Assembly: GCA_963668645.2 (NCBI GenBank)
Contig: CAXXWC010000021.1
Location: 416,001-480,000, forward strand
Length of the DNA stretch: 64,000 nt
Direction of reading: 5' to 3'
Source: Desulfobacterales bacterium
Lineage (GTDB): Bacteria > Desulfobacterota > Desulfobacteria > Desulfobacterales > UBA2174
Positions within the stretch are counted from its first letter, which is position 1; each line of letters starts with the position of its first letter. Position numbers and translations under genes: made by a program. The notes under the pieces were generated by a model. The model was not told the origin of the DNA. It ran no database searches and worked only from the letters and a program-made list of their open reading frames with translations. This document shows, one piece after another, positions 46,494 through 55,882 of the stretch.

Positions 46494-48320
46494 ATGGCCA
46501 CCGGCCTCCCGGACGACACGGCCGCCGCTCATCGCCCAGCCGCCGCCAATTCGCGCCAGGCCCAACGACAGAACCACTACCGCCGGCTTTTCTGGCGCTT
46601 CGTACTGCTGACCACCATCTGCAGTTTCGTTCCACTGCTCGCTGTCGGCTGGGGAATCAATATTTACTACAGCGGGTTTGCCCGGGAACGGATGATCAAC
46701 TCTTTTCGCAACGAGGTGGCCCACCACCGGCGCATCATCGAACTCTTTCTCAAGGAACGCTCCACCAAGCTGCAACTGATCGCCGCCACGGTCCCCAGGG
46801 AGCGCCTGGTCGATACGCAGGGCCTGAACGAAGTCTTTGAAATGATCAACCGGGAGTACTGGTCGATCACCGACTTGGGGGTGATCGACGCCGACGGCCA
46901 ACATCTGGCCTATGTCGGCCCCTACGACCTGATGGACAAGAACTACTCGGAGACATTCTGGTTCAAGGCCGTAATGGAAAAAGGCCTCTATATCAGCGAC
47001 ATGTTCATGGGCTTTCGGCGGGAACCGCATTTTATCATCGCGGTGACCCACCGCGAATCCGACGGGCGGCGTTGGATCCTGCGGGCCACCATCGATACCG
47101 AAGCCTTCCGGGCCTTGGTGGAGAACGTACGCATCGGCCAGACCGGCGAGGTATACCTGATCAACCGCGCCGGCAACTTTCAAACCAGCCCGCGGCGCTG
47201 GGGAAATATCATGGGCCTGTCGTCCATCCCGGTGGAGGAAATCCACGAGGGAATCCGCATCGTCACCACCGAAGCGCACACCGTGGACGGCCGGCGCATC
47301 CCGAGCCAGATCATGAGCCAGACCTGGCTCGAAGAGCCGCGCTGGATGCTGGTGGTGCAACAGGACCAGGCCGAGGCCCTGCGGGAAGTGAAGCTGGCCA
47401 ACCTGGCCGTACTGGTCTTTTTGCACATCGCGGCATTGTCGATCCTGGCCGTGTCGGTGCTCATCACCCGCCACATGATCAGTGTTATCCGGCGCCGTGA
47501 CATCCAGGCCGATGATCTCAATCAGCAATTGATACAGGCCAGCAAGATGGCCTCCATCGGCGAGCTGTCAGCCGGGGTCGCCCATGAAATCAACAATCCA
47601 CTGGCCATCATCGGCACAGAATGCCAGCTGCTTCGCGACCAGGCCGAGCACACGCCGGCCATGGATCCGGAGATGGCGGGACAAATCGATTCTTCCGTGC
47701 ACCAGATCAATGTCCAGATCCAGCGTTGCAAACGCATCACCACCAACCTGCTGCGCTTTTCGCGCCGGACGCAATCGATGATCGAAACGGTGGACCTGAA
47801 CGGGTTCATCCGCGAAGTGATCGAACTGATGGAACGCGAAGCACGCTCGAGCGGGATCAGGTTTTTCACCGAACTCGATGATCACCTGCCCCAGGTCCTC
47901 TCGGATCCTTCCCAGCTCCAGCAGGTCTTTTTGAACCTGATCACCAACGCCATCGACGCACACGACGAAAAACCGTATGGATCCATCACCATCGGCACCC
48001 GCGACTGCCCGGCGGAAGAAGGGCTGCGCCTGACCATCAGCGACAGCGGCTGCGGGATCCCTCCCGAAGCCATGGAACGCATATTCGATCCGTTTTTTAC
48101 CACCAAACCGGTGGGCCGGGGTACGGGCCTGGGGTTGAGCATCTGTTTTTCCATCGTACAGCGTTTGGGCGGCACGGTTGATGTTGCCAGCCGCCCGGGC
48201 GAGGGGACCACCTTCACCCTCTTTTTACCTTACCGCCCCCCTGACGAGCTGCTGGAAAATATCACTGCCCGACCGCTCGACCCCGGCCCGCCGGTTTCGG
48301 CCAAAGGAGGTCCGCCATGA
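46494..48320 (+). CDS. Cache-domain sensor histidine kinase
   Basis: TM-Cache-TM; MASIGELSAGVAHEINNPL, NLITNAIDA, DSGCGI, GTGLGL; start 46485 or 46494. Confidence 0.93.
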   Translation: MATGLPDDTAAAHRPAAANSRQAQRQNHYRRLFWRFVLLTTICSFVPLLAVGWGINIYYSGFARERMINSFRNEVAHHRRIIELFLKERSTKLQLIAATVPRERLVDTQGLNEVFEMINREYWSITDLGVIDADGQHLAYVGPYDLMDKNYSETFWFKAVMEKGLYISDMFMGFRREPHFIIAVTHRESDGRRWILRATIDTEAFRALVENVRIGQTGEVYLINRAGNFQTSPRRWGNIMGLSSIPVEEIHEGIRIVTTEAHTVDGRRIPSQIMSQTWLEEPRWMLVVQQDQAEALREVKLANLAVLVFLHIAALSILAVSVLITRHMISVIRRRDIQADDLNQQLIQASKMASIGELSAGVAHEINNPLAIIGTECQLLRDQAEHTPAMDPEMAGQIDSSVHQINVQIQRCKRITTNLLRFSRRTQSMIETVDLNGFIREVIELMEREARSSGIRFFTELDDHLPQVLSDPSQLQQVFLNLITNAIDAHDEKPYGSITIGTRDCPAEEGLRLTISDSGCGIPPEAMERIFDPFFTTKPVGRGTGLGLSICFSIVQRLGGTVDVASRPGEGTTFTLFLPYRPPDELLENITARPLDPGPPVSAKGGPP

Positions 48321-48700
48321 GCGCCATGCGCATCTTGCTGGTGGATGACGAGGTCATTTTCGCCCGCAACATGGCCAAGCTGCTTGCCTTTCGCGGCTAC
48401 CAGGTCAAGGCGGTGCACAACGGCCAGAGCGCCATCGTCGAAATGGAGCAGGCCCCCTACGACGTCATCGTTCTCGACCTGAAGATGCCCGGCATGGACG
48501 GCCTGGCCACCTTGAGAGAAATCAAGAAGCTGGGCCTTTTCACCGAGACTCTGATTCTCACGGGTCATGGTTCCATCGATTCGGCGCTGGAGGCGGTTAA
48601 GCTGGGCGCGTACGACTACCTGACCAAGCCCTGCCAGATCGAGGAGCTGGTGGCCAAGATCCAAGCGGTCAAACGGAGCGGCGAAAGCGGCATCAAATAA
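48317..48700 (+). CDS. Single-domain response regulator
   Basis: LVDDE, DLKMPGMDG, LTGHG, YLTKP; overlaps the kinase stop. Confidence 0.92.
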   Translation: MSAMRILLVDDEVIFARNMAKLLAFRGYQVKAVHNGQSAIVEMEQAPYDVIVLDLKMPGMDGLATLREIKKLGLFTETLILTGHGSIDSALEAVKLGAYDYLTKPCQIEELVAKIQAVKRSGESGIK

Positions 48701-48791
48701 TCTGCGGCAAGGATCGCTGGGCCGATGTCACGCGGCCATGGCAGCTTTTACGGAGAGCCCTGGTCTGAAGCGGTAAAAAGGCTGAAAAGAA

Positions 48792-50237
48792 TCATGCCGG
48801 GGGGGTGCCGGGAGCCGGATCACGGGCCGCCTCGGCAAAGAGCACCGGTTCATCCGGCGGCAGTCCGGCCAGTTCGTTGAGGGCCTGGCGGATCTCGCGG
48901 GCGTTTTGGCTCACCACCTGTGAAACTTTTTTGTAATCCCGCCTTGCTTCGCTAAAGGAAAAGCGCCGCCCCCGACGCTGGATGAATTCGGCCACCTGGG
49001 ACCGCACCATCTGCCAGGTGTCGCGCCGGGTCTGGTTCTCGAGCACCGTGAGATGATCGAGATTGGTCATGATCCGGTGTTGGAAGCGCTTTTCAAAAAT
49101 TCCACGCAATCCCACGCCCCAGATCATTAACCCGACCAGGGTGGCGATTGCCGCACTGCCGCCCGTCAACAGCGGATCGGCCGGGGGCAGGACCTGAACC
49201 CAGACCAGCCCTGCCACGGCCAGAAGTCCGAACAGCAGGCTGTAGACCACGCCGCGGACCAGGGCGCGGATACGAAAGCCGCGCAGGCGCCGGCGATAGG
49301 CGACCAGGGCTTCCAGCAGGTGGGACAACCGTTCGCTGTGGGTTTCGACAAAAGCCGCCAGGTGGTCGAGCCGGTAGCGCGGGGCCTCCAGGATGGCCCT
49401 CCTCAGCTCCTCGCGCTGGTTGTCGAGATACTGCAGGTAGCCGTGGCGCCGGCGTTGGGCCGATCCTTGCTGCTCGCCGGCCGCCCGGGGGGAATAGGTC
49501 AGCCGGATGGGGGGGATGTCCTTGCGGCCCGTCATCTGGGAGAGGTTCCAGCACAAGGTGCCATAAACCCGCAGCAGGTCCACCAGGGATGTGCAGACGT
49601 CGATGCGGTTGAGCACGAAAATCACCCGGTCCTCGAAGGTGCGCGCCGGCAGCGTATCGCGCAGGCTGTTGTAGACCTCGCGCACCGTACCCGGGTTGTG
49701 GGGGTCGAAGAGCATCAACACCAGGTCGGCGATGTGGGCCAGATCGCCGATCACCTGCTGATAGTTGTATCCTCGATCCCGTTCGGCCACGCTGTCCAGC
49801 ATCCCCGGCGTATCGATCAGGGCAAGGTTCTTCAGAAAAGGAGAGTTGACCTTCTTGAGCCGAAAATGTGAGGCGAAGCGGTGGCCGTGCTTTTTTAAAC
49901 TCTCGAAGGGGTATTCCGGATCGGCAAGCAGAAAACGCCCGTCGCGTTCCTCGGTAACCCGGGTCGGACCGTCCTCGTCATCGAAGGTGATCACGGTAAA
50001 CGAATCGTCGGTGGGGGCCTGGCCGGTGGCCTGAATCGTGGCGCCGAGCAATTCGTTGATCAATGTCGATTTTCCCGAGGAGTAATTGCCCAGCACCAGG
50101 ACCTGGGGTCGCCACTTGATGTTCGCCTCCAGGGGCACTTCGCTGTATCCGTAGCGCAGGGCCACCGGGGTCAGTCGATCTGCCACCAGATCAAGCAGTT
50201 CCCCGCGCAAGGCGGTGATGTAATTATCTCGGTACAT
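48792..50237 (-). CDS. Dynamin-superfamily, EHD-like P-loop NTPase with two TM helices
   Basis: GNYSSGKS, PTDDSF, IDTPG, RGY, LFDPH, VLNRID, LLRVYGTLCWNL; GGAG SD. Confidence 0.85.
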   Translation of the reverse strand: MYRDNYITALRGELLDLVADRLTPVALRYGYSEVPLEANIKWRPQVLVLGNYSSGKSTLINELLGATIQATGQAPTDDSFTVITFDDEDGPTRVTEERDGRFLLADPEYPFESLKKHGHRFASHFRLKKVNSPFLKNLALIDTPGMLDSVAERDRGYNYQQVIGDLAHIADLVLMLFDPHNPGTVREVYNSLRDTLPARTFEDRVIFVLNRIDVCTSLVDLLRVYGTLCWNLSQMTGRKDIPPIRLTYSPRAAGEQQGSAQRRRHGYLQYLDNQREELRRAILEAPRYRLDHLAAFVETHSERLSHLLEALVAYRRRLRGFRIRALVRGVVYSLLFGLLAVAGLVWVQVLPPADPLLTGGSAAIATLVGLMIWGVGLRGIFEKRFQHRIMTNLDHLTVLENQTRRDTWQMVRSQVAEFIQRRGRRFSFSEARRDYKKVSQVVSQNAREIRQALNELAGLPPDEPVLFAEAARDPAPGTPPA

Positions 50238-50437
50238 GCCAGGTCTCCGCAAGCCGGCCAAGGTGGTCACGAAAATGAATCAAGCTATCAAAAGCCGAAG
50301 CTAGGGTCAATCGCTGGAAGGCGATTTGAGCAATTTCAGGCAGTCTTTCGCGCTCTGGCGCTTGACCCCCGGATGCCGGTCAGGGTAAAAGCCACCGCAG
50401 CAGCATACGAACCTTTGGTTTTCACCTTTGTACGCCG

Positions 50438-51130
50438 ATGAAGCTGGACTGCCGCCATATATCTCTCCGCTATGCCGCCGCTGAAGCGCCGGTCTTCGAC
50501 GACCTGAGCTTTGCCATCGACGGGCCTGGATTTCACGCCCTGTTCGGCCCCTCAGGGGTCGGCAAGACAACCCTGGCGAAGATCCTCGCCGGCCTGATCA
50601 ATCCTGGGAGCGGGCGCATCGAAAACACCCCGGGCAGCCGGCGCCTTTACACGTACAACCTTGAAAGGCTGCCGGGATGGTCCAGCGTGGGCCATCATCT
50701 AGACAAAGTCACCCCGCCCGGACAGGGCCCGGTCAGGGACGATCTGATCGCCGAATTCGGCCTTGAAAAGGTTCTCGGGCAACGCTTCGCCCAACTGTCG
50801 ATGGGCCAGAAAAACCGCGTCAACCTGGTGCGCTACCTGGTCCAGGACTTCGATATGCTCATCATGGACGAAAGCCTGGGCAATGTCGACGAACCGACCC
50901 GGGAGCGGATCCTGCTCAAGATCAAGTCCCTTTTTGCCGATCGCTTCTTTTTGTACATCTCGCACAACGTGGTGGAAGTGGCGCGCTTTTGCCGCCAGGT
51001 CCTGGTGCTGCGCGGCGCCCATCACCGCCCCCAGGCCGAGGTGGTGGCCGCCGCAGATCAGGGCAACGGCACCGATCCGTCCCCCGAGGCCCTGCAACAA
51101 ACCATGCTTGCCATCATGAACGCCGGATAG
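50438..51130 (+). CDS. ABC transporter ATP-binding protein
   Basis: GPSGVGKT, LSMGQ, LIMDE, ISH. Confidence 0.88.
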   Translation: MKLDCRHISLRYAAAEAPVFDDLSFAIDGPGFHALFGPSGVGKTTLAKILAGLINPGSGRIENTPGSRRLYTYNLERLPGWSSVGHHLDKVTPPGQGPVRDDLIAEFGLEKVLGQRFAQLSMGQKNRVNLVRYLVQDFDMLIMDESLGNVDEPTRERILLKIKSLFADRFFLYISHNVVEVARFCRQVLVLRGAHHRPQAEVVAAADQGNGTDPSPEALQQTMLAIMNAG

Positions 51131-51135
51131 AACCG

Positions 51136-51900
51136 ATGCTCCTGGCCAAACGCATCTATCAGTTTCTCATCGTCTATGCCCTGGGCCTGGGTCTGCTGCT
51201 GGCCATCAAGTACAGCATGGGCCTTTCCAACTATGTGATCCCGGATCCGAGCCTGATCCGGCAGACCTTCGCCGAGGTCCATGGCCATTATTTCCACCAG
51301 ACCCTCAACACCCTCTATGTGGCGATTTTCGGCCAGTTCATATCCATATTCCTCGCCCTGGCCATCGGCATCATCGGGCGCCAGACCACCTGGTTCGGTT
51401 CCATCGTCAAAGTGGCGGCCTACAACGTCCAGGCCTATCCCATCGTGGCCCTGGCCCCGATCATCTTCATTCTGCTGGGGGACGGGTTTTTCACCCGCCT
51501 GACCATCGCGGCCATGATCTGCTATTTTCCGCTTTTGCTGGTGGTGCTCGGGGTGATGGGCCAGCCGGTCGGCGACATCGAACACTTCTACCGCATCACC
51601 GGACGCATGCGCTGGCAGCTGGAAGTCAAGATCCGCGTTTTCGAAAACCTGCACAAGCTCACCACAGTGGTGGCTGGCAGCGCCACCCTGGCCATGGCCG
51701 GCACCATCGTGGCCGAATTCATTGCCGCCAACGCCGGCATCGGCTACAGTATCCGCATCGCCCTGTATCAAAGCGACCTGGGGCGCATCCTGATCGCCCT
51801 GTTTCTCATCGGCATTTCCCTTTCAGTCTACCAGGGGCTCCTCGAGGGCGCCGGGGCCTGGGTGCGCGGCCGCTGGGAGCGTATGGAAGGAGGGATTTGA
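51136..51900 (+). CDS. ABC transporter permease (NitT/TauT type)
   Basis: YVIPDP, QAYPIVALAP, GTIVAEFIAANAGIG. Confidence 0.88.
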   Translation: MLLAKRIYQFLIVYALGLGLLLAIKYSMGLSNYVIPDPSLIRQTFAEVHGHYFHQTLNTLYVAIFGQFISIFLALAIGIIGRQTTWFGSIVKVAAYNVQAYPIVALAPIIFILLGDGFFTRLTIAAMICYFPLLLVVLGVMGQPVGDIEHFYRITGRMRWQLEVKIRVFENLHKLTTVVAGSATLAMAGTIVAEFIAANAGIGYSIRIALYQSDLGRILIALFLIGISLSVYQGLLEGAGAWVRGRWERMEGGI

Positions 51901-51903
51901 ATC

Positions 51904-52905
51904 ATGCCATCGATCCTGAGCAGGGCCGCCTGGCTGCCCCTGGCGGTGATCCTGCTGCTGGCAAGCGGCACCGGCCCCGGCAACGCCAGGGCGGCAGAAG
52001 CGGTCACCTATCGGCTCAAGTGGCTGTTCAACAGCAGCGTAGCCGGGGATCTCTACGCACGGGACCGGGGATTTTTCACTGCCCAGGGACTCGATGTGAA
52101 CGTCAAGGCCGGAGGCCCTGAACGCGACGCCATCAAGGAGCTGGAACTCAACCAGGCCCAGTTCGGGGTCGCCTCGGCCGACCAGGTACTGCGCGCCCTG
52201 GACAAGGGGGCCCGGGTGGCGGTGATCGCCCAGATTTTCCAGGTCAACCCCTTGCAGTGGATCTACCGGGCCGACCGCCCCCCCATCGACGACCTATCCC
52301 GGCTGCGCGGTTTGACCATCGGCATCACTTACGGCGGCAACGACGAAACCATCATGCGCACCCTGCTGGCCATGGCCGATCTGGGCGAAAAAGACGTCAC
52401 TCTTTTCAGCGTGCGCTATGATTTTACCCCCTTTTACCAGCGCCGGGTGGACATCTGGCCGATGTACCGCAACAGCCAGGGGATCGTGATCGCCCAGCGC
52501 ATGGAAAAAGCCGGAGAAAAGGTGCGCTTTTTCAACCCGGCCGATTTCGAGGTCCGTTTCGTAGCCAACTCGGTGGTCACCCACCAGCGGCTCGTCGACG
52601 AGCGGCCGGAACTGGTAAACCGCTTTGTCCGTGCCCTGCTGGCCGGCTGGCAGAGCGCCCTGGCCGAAGCCAACCAGTCCCAAGCTCTGGAAACCATCGC
52701 GCGCCACGACAAGGAGACCCCGCCCGACCTGATGGCTCGCCAGTTGGCCGTCACCCGCCAACTGGTGCGCCCTGCATCCGATTTTCCCGTGGGCCGCATC
52801 GATGTGGAAGCGTGGCGCCAGACCGAGGCGATCATGCGCGAACAGAAGCTCATCAAAGGGCCGGTGAACGTCACCGCGCACCTCTATCCGCCCGAAGGTT
52901 TTTGA
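51904..52905 (+). CDS. NMT1/THI5-like ABC substrate-binding protein
   Basis: Signal peptide, RLKWL, ARDRGFFTAQGLDV, AQIFQVNP. Confidence 0.85.
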   Translation: MPSILSRAAWLPLAVILLLASGTGPGNARAAEAVTYRLKWLFNSSVAGDLYARDRGFFTAQGLDVNVKAGGPERDAIKELELNQAQFGVASADQVLRALDKGARVAVIAQIFQVNPLQWIYRADRPPIDDLSRLRGLTIGITYGGNDETIMRTLLAMADLGEKDVTLFSVRYDFTPFYQRRVDIWPMYRNSQGIVIAQRMEKAGEKVRFFNPADFEVRFVANSVVTHQRLVDERPELVNRFVRALLAGWQSALAEANQSQALETIARHDKETPPDLMARQLAVTRQLVRPASDFPVGRIDVEAWRQTEAIMREQKLIKGPVNVTAHLYPPEGF

Positions 52906-52929
52906 AGACATCTCTCTCTGGGACGTGCC

Positions 52930-54054
52930 GTGGATCTTTTCAGGCCCCATGCCCCAGGCCAGGAGCCGCCCGCACCCGTGGACCGCTACGGCAGTTATCA
53001 AGAGCTTTGCCGCAATGAGCAGGAGGGGCACGATTTTGTGATTCTGACCAAGACGGGCACCTCGCCCCTGGTGGTCATGGCGCCCCACGGGGGCGGAATC
53101 GAGCCGGGCACCGTGGACCTGGCCCATGCCGTGGCCGGCTCCGACCATGCCTTTTACGCCTTCAAGGGGATCAAGCCCAAGGGCAACACCGCCCTGCACA
53201 TCACCTCCAATCGCTTCGACGAACCGCGCGCTCTGCGCATGGCGCGCCGCGCCGAATGGGTTCTGACGATCCACGGCTGCCAGGAATCCGAAGCGGTGAT
53301 CTTTGTGGGCGGACGGGATGTTCAACGCCGTGCCATCATCCGGGATGCCTTGCGCAACGCGGGTTTCAGCGCCGAAGAGAGTCTGCGGCCCGGGCTGCGG
53401 GGCATCAATCCGAACAATATCTGCAACCGCGGCTACAGCGGCCGGGGGGTTCAGCTGGAACTGAGCGATGGATTGCGGCGCCAGCTTTTCGACAACCTGA
53501 GACGGCGCCGCGGGCGGCGCAAGACCGATCTGTTCTACCGCTTCGCCAACACGATGCGCCGATGCCTGGCCCCCATGGCCCCGGCCTCCCGTCCCCTTTC
53601 CCATCCCCACGCGGCACTGCCCGTCGACTGGCGCACGGCCGAAGCCGAAACCGACCGGCTCAAGGCCCTCATGGTGCGCGCCATCGTTTTCATGGAAGAA
53701 CAGTCGATCCCCTTCGCCCTGGAAATCGATGCCTTCGAGGACCGGGCGGTCCATGTCCTGGGCCAGCTGGAAGCAGAACCGGTGGCCGCCGCCCGCCTGC
53801 ATTTTGCCGAGGGGTGGGCCAAGCTGGAACGCATCGCGGTGCGCCGGGCCTTCAGGGGGCGGGGCCTGGCCCATGAACTGATCGATTTTATGCTCCGGGT
53901 GGCCGCGTCTCACGGCTACCGGCGCTTTCGCCTCCACGCCCAGGCTCATCTTTGCGATCTGTACCAGGAACACGGGTTCACGGCCTGCGGCGACCCCTTC
54001 ATGGAAGCGGGCATCCAACACGTCCTGATGATCCGCGAGGACCGAACGCCATGA
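52930..54054 (+). CDS. Poly-gamma-glutamate hydrolase-family (DUF867) domain fused to ElaA/YjcF-type GNAT
   Basis: APHGGGIEPGT, HITSNRFDEP, IHG, NICNR, GVQLE; then VRAIVFMEEQ, RIAV...FRGRG, LHAQ, FMEAGIQHVLM. Confidence 0.85.
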   Translation: MDLFRPHAPGQEPPAPVDRYGSYQELCRNEQEGHDFVILTKTGTSPLVVMAPHGGGIEPGTVDLAHAVAGSDHAFYAFKGIKPKGNTALHITSNRFDEPRALRMARRAEWVLTIHGCQESEAVIFVGGRDVQRRAIIRDALRNAGFSAEESLRPGLRGINPNNICNRGYSGRGVQLELSDGLRRQLFDNLRRRRGRRKTDLFYRFANTMRRCLAPMAPASRPLSHPHAALPVDWRTAEAETDRLKALMVRAIVFMEEQSIPFALEIDAFEDRAVHVLGQLEAEPVAAARLHFAEGWAKLERIAVRRAFRGRGLAHELIDFMLRVAASHGYRRFRLHAQAHLCDLYQEHGFTACGDPFMEAGIQHVLMIREDRTP

Positions 54055-54974
54055 CCAAAGGAGCGATCCGGCCGCGCTACCTGCACCCTGCCAACGCCGC
54101 CGATCTGCCCCAGCGCGCGGCCCGGGCCATGAAGGCCCTGGAAGCCTGCCGCCTTTGTCCGCGCGCCTGCGGGGTCAACCGTTTAAAAGGTGAAATCGGC
54201 CTTTGCGGGGCCGGCGCCGAGGCCCGGGTGGCCAGCTACGGCCCCCACTTCGGCGAGGAGCGCCCCCTGGTGGGACGCAACGGATCAGGCACGATTTTTT
54301 TCAGCCACTGCAATCTGCGCTGCAACTTTTGCCAGAATTACGAAATCAGCCATCTTGGCCAAGGTCGCCACGCCACTGCGCAACAGCTGGCCGCCATCAT
54401 GCTGGCCCTCCAGGATATGGGCTGCCACAATATCAACCTGGTCACCCCTTCCCACCTGGTGCCCCAGATCCTGGCGGCCCTGGTCCTGGCCGCCGTCAAG
54501 GGCCTGTCGCTGCCGCTGGTTTACAACAGCGGCGGCTATGACAGCCCGGCGACCTTGGCGCTGCTCGATGGGGCGGTGGATATCTATATGCCGGATTTCA
54601 AATTCTGGGATGCCAGGATAGCCGAACAGACTTGCCAGGCGCCGGACTACCGGCAGCGGGCCTGTGCGGCCATCGCCGAAATGCACCGCCAGGTGGGTGA
54701 TCTTGTGGTGGGCGACGAAGGTCTGGCGTACCAGGGTTTGCTGCTGCGCCATCTGGTGCTGCCCGGGGATGCGGCCGGCACCTCGAGGGTCATGGGTTGG
54801 GTGGCACGGCAGGTCTCGAGGGCCACCTATGTCAATGTCATGGGTCAATACCGTCCCTGCGGGCAGGCCGGTGACGTGCCGTCCCTGGGGCGGCGGCCCC
54901 GGAGCGACGAGATCCACGCTGCCGTGGCGGCGGCCCGGGCTGCCGGCCTGGAGCGCCTGGACGGCTGGCACTGA
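54051..54974 (+). CDS. PflX-like radical SAM protein
   Basis: CRLCPRACGVNR, PHFGEE, CNLRCNFCQN, DIYMPDFKF, LRHLVLPG. Confidence 0.9.
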   Translation: MTKGAIRPRYLHPANAADLPQRAARAMKALEACRLCPRACGVNRLKGEIGLCGAGAEARVASYGPHFGEERPLVGRNGSGTIFFSHCNLRCNFCQNYEISHLGQGRHATAQQLAAIMLALQDMGCHNINLVTPSHLVPQILAALVLAAVKGLSLPLVYNSGGYDSPATLALLDGAVDIYMPDFKFWDARIAEQTCQAPDYRQRACAAIAEMHRQVGDLVVGDEGLAYQGLLLRHLVLPGDAAGTSRVMGWVARQVSRATYVNVMGQYRPCGQAGDVPSLGRRPRSDEIHAAVAAARAAGLERLDGWH

Positions 54975-55002
54975 AGCCTGCCAGGCAGTGCTGGGATGCC
55001 GC

Positions 55003-55647
55003 TCAGGGTGCGAGCTTGAGCCGGTCCCCGGGGTGAATGGTCGCGCCGGGCTTCAGGTTGTTGATTTTGAGCAGTGCCTCGACGGTGATTCCCGCACCGC
55101 GGCTGATGCTGTAAAGCGTATCGCCCGCCTTGACGGTATGAAGGCGCGCCGGGGACTTTTCCGGCTGGGGCTTGGCCGGAGTCGTGGAGACAGCCGGTTT
55201 GGGCTTCGGTGCAGGTGGGGCGGCAGCACTTGCAGCAGGACGTTCCTTGATCTGCCGCTCCATGAGTCCGATCCGTTCGGAGAAGGTCGCCTCGCTGCGA
55301 TCCAGGCGCTGCAGCAAACGGTCCACCTTGACTTGGAGCGCCTCTATGTCCATAGCCGTTTCGGGCCGCTTTTCCAAGGCCGCCAGGCGTTGCTGGATGG
55401 CGGCCAGTTCGGATTCGATGCGTGCCAGATCCGGCGCACCGGGCTTGTCGGAGCCGCCCACCAATCGGAAAATCCCGAACAGCGCCAGCACCAGCAGCAC
55501 GAAAAGCGCCACCAGCACCAATGGCCGCTCCATCAATTGCCGGGCGAAACCATCCAAGGAATTTTGGCGCAGGACCGAATACCCGGGCGCTTCGACATCC
55601 ATTCCCACATCGGCCGCTTCCTCTTCCTGCTTTTCCCTCCACTCCAT
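55003..55647 (-). CDS. Membrane-anchored coiled-coil LysM protein
   Basis: TM helix, coiled coil, Pro/Ala linker, HTVKAGDTLYSISR...IHPGDRLKL. Confidence 0.88.
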   Translation of the reverse strand: MEWREKQEEEAADVGMDVEAPGYSVLRQNSLDGFARQLMERPLVLVALFVLLVLALFGIFRLVGGSDKPGAPDLARIESELAAIQQRLAALEKRPETAMDIEALQVKVDRLLQRLDRSEATFSERIGLMERQIKERPAASAAAPPAPKPKPAVSTTPAKPQPEKSPARLHTVKAGDTLYSISRGAGITVEALLKINNLKPGATIHPGDRLKLAP

Positions 55648-55882
55648 GTTCTGACTCCTTGTCCGCAGACTTGATCGGCGAGACGCCCGGGCGGGCGCCA
55701 CTCGCGCAATCGTCGGCCTTCTGATCGCTTTCGATACCTGCTGTGGTCTATTGCCAGAGCTTAGGTGAAAGCACGCCCGCCTTCAAGCCCTTTTCACGGC
55801 AAAGCCTTTGACCTGGCCTCTAAAGCGGACTATGTTTTTTTGTTTTGGATCATGGATGTGACAAATTTCAAGGAGCTGCCCC

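Noticed and set aside
50240..50437. TPP riboswitch before the NMT1/THI5 ABC operon
   Set aside because: No CUGAGA / ACCUG / AGCGUAGG core visible
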